Source: an uncultured Gammaproteobacteria bacterium
GTDB lineage: Bacteria; Patescibacteriota; Patescibacteriia; Magasanikbacterales; GWA2-37-8
Direction of reading: 5' to 3'
NCBI GenBank assembly: GCA_964442985.1
Contig: CAYUBH010000002.1
Coordinates: 1 to 42,453 of the forward strand
DNA: 42,453 nucleotides
The notes under the pieces were generated by a model, which did no database searches, was not told the DNA's origin, and worked only from the letters and a program-made list of their open reading frames with translations. Every line of letters begins with the position of its first letter. The first letter of the stretch is position 1. Shown piece by piece: positions 24,426 through 32,400 of this stretch. The translations under genes were made by a program, and so were the position numbers.

Positions 24426-25718
24426 ATGGAAAAAATGAGTTCACAATTGGCCTCCTCGGTGGGTGAAGTCGTCACTCTCAAAGGCTGGCTCAACAACAAG
24501 CGCTCGTCTGGCCCAATCGCTTTTTTAGAAGTGCGCGACGGTGCCGGCTTTATACAGGCTGTTGTCAACAAGAATGATGTCTCGGCCGAAGCCTGGACAG
24601 CGGTGGAAACGATTTCTCAAGAATCGTCTCTTAGTGTTACTGGTACGGTTTCCAAACATCCCAAAAAAGACAATGTTTTTGAATTGCAGGTAAAGGATTT
24701 AACGATTATTCAATTATCAGTGGGGTATCCAATTGCCAAAAAAGAACATGGCCCAGATTTTTTGATGGACAACCGCCACCTGTGGCTTCGCAGTAAAAAT
24801 CAGTGGGCAATTTTGCGTGTACGCGATGCGATTATTACCGCTATCAACGAATATTTACATCAAGAAAATTTTATCAAAGTAGATTCCCCAATTTTTACAC
24901 CGAATGCCTGCGAGGGGACGACAACATTGTTCCAAGTGCCGTATTTTGATGAAGGCTCGGCCTACTTGTCGCAGTCGGGTCAGCTATATATTGAAGCGGC
25001 GATTGCTTCAGTTGGCCGTTGTTATGATTTCGGCCCAGTTTTCCGCGCAGAAAAAAGTAAAACCAAACGCCATCTCACTGAATTCTGGATGATGGATGCG
25101 GAAGCTGCGTTTGTCGAGCACGATCAAAACTTGGCAATTCAAGAAGGTTTGGTTCGCCACATTATTCGCTATTGTTTGGCGCATTGTCAGGCTGAGCTTG
25201 CCCTCCTTGAGCGCGATGTGGAGAAACTCAAAAAAGCTGACGCGCCATTTACTCGCTACACCTATGATCAGGCAATTGTAAAATTGCACGAGTTGGGGTC
25301 AGATATTAAACACGGTGAAGATTTGGGCAACGACGACGAAGGACTCCTTACCAAAGATAGTGACGTACCAGTCTTTATTGAAAAATGGCCAAAAGAAATT
25401 AAGCCATTTTACATGAAGCTCGACCCAACTGATCCGAAGCGCGCTTTGAACGACGACTTGATTGCGACTGAAGGCGCTGGGGAATTGATTGGTGGATCGC
25501 AACGTGAAGAAAATGTCGACATCTTGATTGAGCGCATTAAACACGAAGGCTTAAACCAAGCCGACTACGAATGGTATCTGGATTTACGTCGCTATGGCGC
25601 TGTACCGCATTCTGGTTTCGGTATTGGTCTTGAGCGTGCTGTCCGCTGGATTACTGGTGTGGAGCATATCCGCGAATGTATTCCGTTCCCACGTACAATC
25701 AGCCGTTTGAAACCGTAA
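24426..25718 (+). CDS. asnS: asparagine--tRNA ligase
   Basis: 430 aa class IIb synthetase. Motif 2 FRAEKSKTKRHLTEFWMMDAE and C-terminal GFGIGLER...IPFPR. Confidence 0.88.
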   Translation: MEKMSSQLASSVGEVVTLKGWLNNKRSSGPIAFLEVRDGAGFIQAVVNKNDVSAEAWTAVETISQESSLSVTGTVSKHPKKDNVFELQVKDLTIIQLSVGYPIAKKEHGPDFLMDNRHLWLRSKNQWAILRVRDAIITAINEYLHQENFIKVDSPIFTPNACEGTTTLFQVPYFDEGSAYLSQSGQLYIEAAIASVGRCYDFGPVFRAEKSKTKRHLTEFWMMDAEAAFVEHDQNLAIQEGLVRHIIRYCLAHCQAELALLERDVEKLKKADAPFTRYTYDQAIVKLHELGSDIKHGEDLGNDDEGLLTKDSDVPVFIEKWPKEIKPFYMKLDPTDPKRALNDDLIATEGAGELIGGSQREENVDILIERIKHEGLNQADYEWYLDLRRYGAVPHSGFGIGLERAVRWITGVEHIRECIPFPRTISRLKP

Positions 25719-26674
25719 TAGCTTATATAAAACCCTCCCTTCCACAACCATTTTTAGATAGATTGGCCGAGCTGTTCGGTCAATCTTTTATTTCCACCTT
25801 GGAAAAAACCTTTATTGAGCGACCGACCACCTTTCGGGTGAACACCTTGAAAGCTAAAAAAGAGGAAGTACTCGAAGTGCTCCAACAAGAAGGGTTTAAG
25901 GTGCGCCGGGTGGCCTGGTATGGCGATGCGTTTATTTTGGAAAATAGAAAATTAAGTGAGCTTCAAAAATTGGCTCTGTACCAAGAGGGAAAAATCTATG
26001 TCCAAAGTTTGGCGAGTATGGTGCCACCGGTGGTGCTCGCGCCGAGCCCGGGGGAGCGGGTGCTTGATCTCACTGCCGCGCCAGGGAGCAAAACCAGCCA
26101 AATGGCCGCGATGATGAAAAACCAAGGTGAGCTCGTAGCTAACGATAACAACGAGATCCGCATCTCGCGGCTGAAACACAACCTAAAGTTACTGGGCGTG
26201 AGCGACACCTTTGCGAGCGTCGTGGAAGCTGACGGTTGGAAACTGATTGAAAAATACGCCGGCTATTTTGATAAAGTGCTCCTCGACGCGCCGTGCACTG
26301 CTGAGGCGCGGTTTATCGCCGGATCGCCCCGGACCTTTAGTTTTTGGAATGAAAAAAACATCAAAGAGCATGCCTTTATTCAGAAAAAACTACTCTTTGC
26401 CGGCTGGGAAATGCTCAAACCGGGTGGTACGTTGGTGTATTCCACCTGTACTTTTGCCCCTGAAGAAAATGAACGACAAATTTCTCGGTTTCTCGCCGAA
26501 GCGCCACAGGCAGTAGTAGAAAAAATTACCCTCAATCAATTGCCAGCAGGAAAACTGGTGACCGAGTGGCTTGGTGAAAAAATAGACAAGCGCACCAAAG
26601 ACACGCTTCGCCTTACGCCAACCAAAGATATCGAAGGTTTCTATATTGCGAAGATTAAAAAACTGGCCGCCTAA
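25676..26674 (+). CDS. NOL1/NOP2/Sun-family RNA (cytosine-C5) methyltransferase (RsmB/RsmF-like)
   Basis: DLTAAPGSKT (SAM site), DAPCT and YSTCT catalytic Cys motifs. The start is uncertain because ATG 25676 overlaps asnS by 43 nt. Confidence 0.8.
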   Translation: MYSVPTYNQPFETVIAYIKPSLPQPFLDRLAELFGQSFISTLEKTFIERPTTFRVNTLKAKKEEVLEVLQQEGFKVRRVAWYGDAFILENRKLSELQKLALYQEGKIYVQSLASMVPPVVLAPSPGERVLDLTAAPGSKTSQMAAMMKNQGELVANDNNEIRISRLKHNLKLLGVSDTFASVVEADGWKLIEKYAGYFDKVLLDAPCTAEARFIAGSPRTFSFWNEKNIKEHAFIQKKLLFAGWEMLKPGGTLVYSTCTFAPEENERQISRFLAEAPQAVVEKITLNQLPAGKLVTEWLGEKIDKRTKDTLRLTPTKDIEGFYIAKIKKLAA

Positions 26675-26690
26675 GCGACCAGTTTTTAGT

Positions 26691-27566
26691 TTATTTCACA
26701 TCGAATTTCTGTTGCATTGCCTTAAGCGATGGCCCCATTTTCTTGGCTACTGGCTCTACTTTTTTAATCAGGTAGCACACCAGATCAAACATGGTCTCTA
26801 GTTTTTCACGCACATATATTTCATGGTCGGTATAGACAAATAACGTGTTGCCCACAAACTCAAGACTAAAGTGGTGATTAGTAAATCTAGTCTTTTCCAT
26901 TAAATCAGGAGTGAAAATTTGCAAAGCTTCAATTTCAAAATCTTTCTCCACCGTCAAGTCAAAAAAATGCTCATAATCTCCTGAAAGGATTACCTTTTGA
27001 GGGTTTTTAAAGTAATCACTGGGAATATAAAAAGCATGCATGTCGGAAAATGATGTCATGCGTGGAAATTCGCAGGGAAAAACAATTTTAAATACAGTTC
27101 GTTTACAATACTGCTTGTGTTTGCCTGATCCGAGGGTGTAGGAAAAATTAAACAACCAAAAATCATTACCATCAAACGATCCGTGCACGGTGTTGTAGGA
27201 CTTTTGATTATTACCGACGTCCATGAATATGCCATTGTACTGTGTGCCTCCGGAGGTATACGTCATTCCATGACGTGCTGCAAACTGCTCAAACAAAAGC
27301 GCTCGCATTTTTAAGCTGACAGTTGCAAAAAAATAACCAATTGCAAGAAGCGGTGCTATGATAAGCCAGGTAAGTGGTTCAATAGCGCCTTCTACGTCGT
27401 TAGCTATCACCAGATAGAGGAATACTGCCAAAGACACTATGGCAATCGGAATACCGAAAACCATCAGTTTTCTATACCGAACACGAAGATACTGATAGGC
27501 GTCTGTGTGGGCGTCTTCAATTTGGTGTTCACCGATAAATTGCTTAACTGGGTCTGTGGGTTGCAT
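26691..27566 (-). CDS. membrane protein, two N-terminal TM helices plus soluble domain (DUF3137-like, tentative)
   Basis: 291 aa. Hydrophobic segments VFGIPIAIVSLAVFLYLVI and LTWLIIAPLLAIGYFFATV. The family call rests on memory only. Confidence 0.55.
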   Translation of the reverse strand: MQPTDPVKQFIGEHQIEDAHTDAYQYLRVRYRKLMVFGIPIAIVSLAVFLYLVIANDVEGAIEPLTWLIIAPLLAIGYFFATVSLKMRALLFEQFAARHGMTYTSGGTQYNGIFMDVGNNQKSYNTVHGSFDGNDFWLFNFSYTLGSGKHKQYCKRTVFKIVFPCEFPRMTSFSDMHAFYIPSDYFKNPQKVILSGDYEHFFDLTVEKDFEIEALQIFTPDLMEKTRFTNHHFSLEFVGNTLFVYTDHEIYVREKLETMFDLVCYLIKKVEPVAKKMGPSLKAMQQKFDVK

Positions 27567-27568
27567 AG

Positions 27569-28534
27569 TTAAGGTGTTAGGGTAATGATAGCAACTTCTG
27601 GTGGGGTAAACAAGCGCAGTGATCCGAGCGATTCACCGCTTCCAACAGTGGTGAAAATAGGAATATCGTTCCAGTAGTTCAGCCCGCGGTAATATTTTTT
27701 GCCTAAATCAACCCCGGCATTTCCGAGTGGGCCAAAGAAAGGGAGATAAACTTGCCCGCCATGGGTGTGACCAGCCAAAAAGATATCTGGTTTTTTGAGG
27801 GTTGTTGGCCAGGAGAGGATAGCGTCTGGATTATGACTCAAAAGAATGAGTGGTTTGGCGGTGTCCCAGGCCGACAAGCGGGTGTAATCAGCTTGGTTAC
27901 CCCAAATATCATCAGTACCAAAAATACAGAGTGTCTGTGTTTTGAATGTCGGGCAGACCAGCTCGTTGCGTAAAAGTGGGACACCGATTGCTTGCATGCG
28001 TGCCATTACTAAATCATGTTTGTCACCGTTAATGGAATTGAAGGTGAGGCCCGGCTTGGTGGCGACGCCATAATCGTGATTACCGAGCACGTAATAGATT
28101 GGTATAACACCAACTAATTTTTTGAGGGGCTCTAGATAGACACTTTCATCCTCAAGAGTTCCTTCGTTGGCCACTAGATCGCCAGCAATCAGGATAATGT
28201 CTGGTTTTTCGGCCAAGGCTTTGGTGGTAACTTTTTCCATCCATTCGCTTTTTTTGTGCATACCGACCTGCATATCGGCGACCAAACCAACACGAATAGG
28301 GGAGGTGACTCTGGAAGGTACTGAGGCGCGAGTGGTGACGAGGCGGTAGGGCTCGATAAGGTGGGCGTAGAGGGCGAGGATGATGCCAAGGGCGAGAATA
28401 CTGCCTATCACGTTTGCGAGAATAGGATGACGAGATAAGAATGTCTCAGGGCGACGACTGTCGCGAACAATGAAGAAAATAAGCAGGGAGGCCACTAAAC
28501 AGTATCCGTAGATACTTACGGCAATAAAGAGCAT
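27569..28534 (-). CDS. membrane-anchored calcineurin-like metallophosphoesterase
   Basis: 321 aa with D..., GDLV, GNHD and GHTHGGQ motifs. N-terminal TM segments. Confidence 0.8.
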   Translation of the reverse strand: MLFIAVSIYGYCLVASLLIFFIVRDSRRPETFLSRHPILANVIGSILALGIILALYAHLIEPYRLVTTRASVPSRVTSPIRVGLVADMQVGMHKKSEWMEKVTTKALAEKPDIILIAGDLVANEGTLEDESVYLEPLKKLVGVIPIYYVLGNHDYGVATKPGLTFNSINGDKHDLVMARMQAIGVPLLRNELVCPTFKTQTLCIFGTDDIWGNQADYTRLSAWDTAKPLILLSHNPDAILSWPTTLKKPDIFLAGHTHGGQVYLPFFGPLGNAGVDLGKKYYRGLNYWNDIPIFTTVGSGESLGSLRLFTPPEVAIITLTP

Positions 28535-28537
28535 AGG

Positions 28538-28765
28538 TTAGGAGATGAAAGTAAAGCGAGGCAAGGTTTTTCCGTCAACTGTCACCGTTTCGAGAAAAGA
28601 AGTGACAGGGCGAACCCACACTGCCTCGGTGCCGAAGTCGGGGGAGGTGTAGAGGGCTTTGTAGACCACCACTTCTTCGAGGGTGGCTTCGATGCGCCCG
28701 ACAGTAACAACCTCGTAGAGACCGCCCTTGTAATGCTGGTATTTTCCGGGTTTAATAGTATTCAT
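28538..28765 (-). CDS. DUF1653-like small protein (75 aa)
   Basis: MNTIKPGKYQHYKGGLYEVV...VVYKALY...WVRP pattern. Start placed at ATG 28765, because the longer track ORF runs through the tRNA gene. Confidence 0.65.
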   Translation of the reverse strand: MNTIKPGKYQHYKGGLYEVVTVGRIEATLEEVVVYKALYTSPDFGTEAVWVRPVTSFLETVTVDGKTLPRFTFIS

Positions 28766-28953
28766 AGTAGAGCAAGTGTAACAAAAAGAGAGGTGGGTGT
28801 ATAGGGTTGGTATACAGGCAAAGTAATAGAATCTCACACGGCCTCCTGCCGTCGGCCTTTTGGAAAACCTTCGGGTTTTCCAAAGCCTTTCCTCAACAAG
28901 AAAGAAACTTCGTTTCTTTCCATCTTCAGTTCGATTCTCCTCCTCTGTTGAAT

Positions 28954-28997
28954 ATATACAATAGGACACCCCTTTAGAGGAGTGTCCTATTGTATAT
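28954..28997 (-). promoter_or_regulatory. 16-bp perfect hairpin directly 3' of tRNA-Leu
   Basis: ATATACAATAGGACAC / GTGTCCTATTGTATAT with a 12-nt loop and no U-run. Confidence 0.5.
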
Positions 28998-28998
28998 G

Positions 28999-29080
28999 TG
29001 CCCAGAGAGAGAATCGAACTCTCATGACCGAAGTCGCGGGATTTTGAGTCCCGTGCGTCTACCAATTCCGCCATCTGGGC
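28999..29080 (-). tRNA. tRNA-Leu (anticodon CAA), long variable arm, no encoded CCA
   Basis: Hand-folded cloverleaf. Acceptor GCCCAGA/TCTGGGC, anticodon arm CGGGA-CTCAAAA-TCCCG, variable arm CGACTTCGGTCATG, T arm GAGAG-TTCGATT-CTCTC. Confidence 0.9.
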
Positions 29081-29087
29081 CTAGTTT

Positions 29088-29109
29088 TAGTACCCTCATA
29101 GTACCCTAA
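29088..29109. repeat. tandem direct repeat TAGTACCCTnA x2 (11-bp period)
   Basis: Copies at 29088-29098 and 29099-29109, read directly. Confidence 0.8.
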
Positions 29110-29126
29110 TCTTGGTTGTTTGTCAA
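29098..29126 (-). promoter_or_regulatory. promoter of tRNA-Leu (TTGACA-17-TACTAT on the - strand)
   Basis: Reverse complements of 29121-29126 and 29098-29103. The -10 lies inside an 11-bp tandem repeat. Confidence 0.55.
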
Positions 29127-29169
29127 TTCTATGCTATCATAGAGATGTGTAAAATGATTAAGCCCTAGT

Positions 29170-29967
29170 ATGTCGGTGATTATTTCTGTTGTTAACCAAA
29201 AAGGTGGGGTAGGAAAGACGACAACGGCAGTCAATTTAGCCGCTGGTTTAGCGGAAGCCGGTAAATTTGTCCTTCTCGTTGATCTGGATCCCCAAGGGAA
29301 TGCTACGTCTGGTTTGGGGCTTAAATTTCAAGAGATGGAAAAGGGTTTGTATCACGCCCTCATGTCACAACATCGAATTCACGATGTCACTTATAACACC
29401 AGTCATGCTGGTCTTAGAATTGTACCATCTTCGCCGGATTTGGCCGGGGCCAATGTTGAGCTCGTAAGCGTAGAAGGTCGCGAAAGTAAGCTGTCTGACA
29501 TTTTGAGTGAAGTACGCCATGCCTACGACTATATTATTATCGATTCACCACCGTCACTCGGTCTTTTGACCTTAAACGGCCTGGTCGCTGCCGATAAAAT
29601 CATGATTCCGGTGCAGGCTGAATACTATGCGCTGGAAGGGCTCGGACAACTACTCAAAACAATTGATCTGGTACGCGACAATATTAAACCAGAAATTGAA
29701 GTAATGGGTGCTGTAGTCACCATGTACGACAGCCGCAACCGACTCTCTGAAGAAGTCATGCAAGAATTGGTAAAATATTTCCCAAATACTATTTTTGGAG
29801 CAGTGATTCCGCGCACAGTGCGCCTGGCCGAAGCCCCAAGTTTTGGAAAAAGTATTTTCCATTATGAGCCGGGTGGTAAAGCAGCCAAATCCTATGAGCG
29901 ATTGGCACAGGAAGTGATGGCAATGTTTGAAAAGCCAGCGACTCCTGAAAACGAACAGCAACCATAA
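29170..29967 (+). CDS. parA: ParA/Soj-family chromosome partitioning ATPase
   Basis: 265 aa. Deviant Walker A NQKGGVGKTT. Followed by parB. Confidence 0.9.
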   Translation: MSVIISVVNQKGGVGKTTTAVNLAAGLAEAGKFVLLVDLDPQGNATSGLGLKFQEMEKGLYHALMSQHRIHDVTYNTSHAGLRIVPSSPDLAGANVELVSVEGRESKLSDILSEVRHAYDYIIIDSPPSLGLLTLNGLVAADKIMIPVQAEYYALEGLGQLLKTIDLVRDNIKPEIEVMGAVVTMYDSRNRLSEEVMQELVKYFPNTIFGAVIPRTVRLAEAPSFGKSIFHYEPGGKAAKSYERLAQEVMAMFEKPATPENEQQP

Positions 29968-29984
29968 TTTTTTATACCAAGGAT

Positions 29985-30839
29985 ATGTCCATTGGACGAG
30001 GGCTTGGAGCCCTAATTACTACAACGAGCAGTGCCAAAAAGCCAGCGACTCAGCCACACGGGCTCGAAAGCGCCGATCGCGTCTGGCACGTGCCAGTATC
30101 GGAAATTAAACCTGATAGCGATCAACCTCGCCGTCATTTTAAACCAGAAGAATTGCAGGAACTTTCGGATTCTATTAAAGAGCACGGTATTTTGCAGCCA
30201 CTGTTGGTGAGTGAAATGCCTGATGGCGGCTACCAGCTCATTGCCGGGGAGCGTCGTTGGCGCGCCGCTCAGATGGCGCATATTGCCACCGTGCCAGTGA
30301 TTGTCAAAAAGCTGGCCGACGAACAGCGCCTCGAAGTTGCCTTGATTGAAAATATTCAACGCCAAGACCTCAACGCTCTCGAAGAAGGCTTTGCCTATAA
30401 GCGGTTGATTGAAGAATTTGGCCTGACGCAAGAACAGGTGGCTGACAAAGTGGGCAAAAGTCGCCCGGCTATCGCCAACATGATTCGTTTGCTTAATTTG
30501 CCAGAAGAAGTACAAAATGCTCTCGTCTCAGGTAAGATTTCGACTGGCCAAGCCAGATCACTTCTCACCCTGGATGATAAAAAACAACAGCTCGACATGC
30601 TCGCCTCGATGCTTGGAGAAAAAATGACTGTCCGCGAGGTAGAGAAACAAGTGCAAAAAACCACCGCGCCAACCAAGCTAGCTCGACGCGACCCTAACCT
30701 CCTGTATGTTGAAGAACAGCTTCGCTCGGCACTCGGCACCAAAGTCACGGTGAACGGCAAAGACGATAAGGGCGCAGTGGTGATAAACTACTACTCCAAA
30801 GACGAGCTCAAAGAACTTATTAAAAAAATTACCGGTTAA
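29985..30839 (+). CDS. parB: ParB/Spo0J-family partition protein
   Basis: 284 aa. ParB box GERRWRAA and a helix-turn-helix region. Confidence 0.9.
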   Translation: MSIGRGLGALITTTSSAKKPATQPHGLESADRVWHVPVSEIKPDSDQPRRHFKPEELQELSDSIKEHGILQPLLVSEMPDGGYQLIAGERRWRAAQMAHIATVPVIVKKLADEQRLEVALIENIQRQDLNALEEGFAYKRLIEEFGLTQEQVADKVGKSRPAIANMIRLLNLPEEVQNALVSGKISTGQARSLLTLDDKKQQLDMLASMLGEKMTVREVEKQVQKTTAPTKLARRDPNLLYVEEQLRSALGTKVTVNGKDDKGAVVINYYSKDELKELIKKITG

Positions 30840-32353
30840 GTACCGGTATTTTTTTTACGTTTGTAAGGGATAAGATGGTTGATCCACTCTTTGATAGAAT
30901 TGGATTTAATACTATCCTTAATATGCGTTTTAGCTAAGTGTGTTTTGACTGATTTTAGCCAGTCAGGGCTTGGCATTTTGCGGTTTTTATCGACGATAAT
31001 TTCTACCACGTCACCGCTTTTGAGCGGGGTATCAAGCTGAGCCAAGCGGTCGTTCACTTTGGCGCCGGCGCATTTGTTACCAATTTCGGAATGGATATGA
31101 TAAGCAAAATCCACTGGCGTAGCATCTTCAGGGAGGTCGATAACATCACCTTTTGGGGTAAAGGTAAAAATACGATTTTGGAAAAAATCAACTTTCAAAT
31201 CTTCTAGATCGGCGATGTTCATCAAAATATCTTTTTGAATTTCGGCGAGCTCTTTGGCCCAACCAACTTCTTTGGCGGGGAGTTTAATACCGCTTTCGTC
31301 ATAATGCCAATGAGCGGCCACACCGAATTCAGCTTCGTAGTGCATCTCTTGAGTGCGAATTTGGAATTCGACCGTCTTGCCGTCGTTGCAAAAGACAGTA
31401 GTGTGGAGTGATTTATAGCCGTTTGGCTTTGGCTGAGAAGTGTAGTCTTTGATGCGACCCTTGAGCGGTTTCCAAAGTTTGTGGACGATACCAAGCGCGG
31501 CGTAGCAGTCGGCAATATCCGGCACGATGACACGCAGAGCAATGACGTCATAAATTTTGCTGGTCTCCCATTGTTTTTTGAGGAGTTTTTGATAAAAACT
31601 ATAAAGTTGTTTTTTGCGACCATGAATATCTAAATAGTGGATACCAGCATCTTTGAGTTCTTTTTTAATAACTTCAAGAATAGATTCAATATAGCCTTCG
31701 CCATCGTGAATCAATTGGTCGCGCAAAGCGACGGTGCGAGCGTAATCTTCTGGATAGACATGTGGAAAAGCTAAATCTTCGAGCAGGCCTTTGAACTCAC
31801 CCATACCAAGACGGTGGGCGATAGGGGCATAGATTTCTAAACTTTCGAGCGCCACCCGGCGACGTTTTTCTTCGGGAAGATATTCGAGCGTGCTCAGGTT
31901 GTGGATACGATCGGCGAATTTAATAATCATGACGCGGACATCTTCGGCCATAGCCACGAACATTTTGCGCAGGTTTTCGATATAGCGCTCGACGCCACGG
32001 TATTTGAGTTTGCCAAGTTTGGTGACGCCCTCGATCATGGAGGCGATATCCGGGCCAAAATCTTTGGCAATTTCTTCAATCGTGAGCGAAGTATCTTCAG
32101 GGGCGTCGTGGAGGAGGGCGGCAGCAATAATAGAAGCGTCCATACGCATCGTAGCGAGGATGTAGGCGGCGCCAAGCGGGTGGATAAGGTAGGGTTCGCC
32201 AGATTTGCGGACCTGGCCTTCGTGAGCCTTTTTAGCTACTTCAAACGCCAAAATAACCATCTCAATTTCAGATGGTCGAGTATAGCGCTTGATCAGCTCG
32301 ATAATGTGATCAATGCTTAAATTAGTGGGGAAGTCGACTTTATACGAAGGCAT
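30836..32353 (-). CDS. rel: RelA/SpoT-homologue (p)ppGpp synthetase/hydrolase, short form (HD + synthetase + TGS)
   Basis: 505 aa. HD motif LLHDAPEDT, synthetase region with YKSLHT, and TGS (TPKGDVIDLP). No C-terminal ACT/RRM-length region. Confidence 0.85.
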   Translation of the reverse strand: MPSYKVDFPTNLSIDHIIELIKRYTRPSEIEMVILAFEVAKKAHEGQVRKSGEPYLIHPLGAAYILATMRMDASIIAAALLHDAPEDTSLTIEEIAKDFGPDIASMIEGVTKLGKLKYRGVERYIENLRKMFVAMAEDVRVMIIKFADRIHNLSTLEYLPEEKRRRVALESLEIYAPIAHRLGMGEFKGLLEDLAFPHVYPEDYARTVALRDQLIHDGEGYIESILEVIKKELKDAGIHYLDIHGRKKQLYSFYQKLLKKQWETSKIYDVIALRVIVPDIADCYAALGIVHKLWKPLKGRIKDYTSQPKPNGYKSLHTTVFCNDGKTVEFQIRTQEMHYEAEFGVAAHWHYDESGIKLPAKEVGWAKELAEIQKDILMNIADLEDLKVDFFQNRIFTFTPKGDVIDLPEDATPVDFAYHIHSEIGNKCAGAKVNDRLAQLDTPLKSGDVVEIIVDKNRKMPSPDWLKSVKTHLAKTHIKDSIKSNSIKEWINHLIPYKRKKNTGT

Positions 32354-32400
32354 ACTACAGGATAGAAGAGTCTCCGCTGTAGTATAGAAGCTTGCGCGGT

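Noticed and set aside
28921-28950. A T-loop-like GTTCGATTC on the + strand, considered as a second tRNA or a classical att direct repeat.
   Set aside because: The flanking 5-mers cannot form a T stem and no cloverleaf can be drawn. The copy is inverted relative to tRNA-Leu, whereas integrase att sites give direct repeats. It is kept only as part of the spacer finding.
28766-29074. The N-terminal 103 codons of the 178-aa track ORF (28538-29074, - strand).
   Set aside because: This part runs straight through the tRNA-Leu gene and the hairpin-rich spacer. The recognisable DUF1653-like sequence begins at the internal ATG 28765.
29081-30839. A parS site (TGTTNCACGTGAAACA-type) in or near parA/parB.
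   Set aside because: I could not find a convincing match by eye. This cannot be excluded without a proper pattern search.
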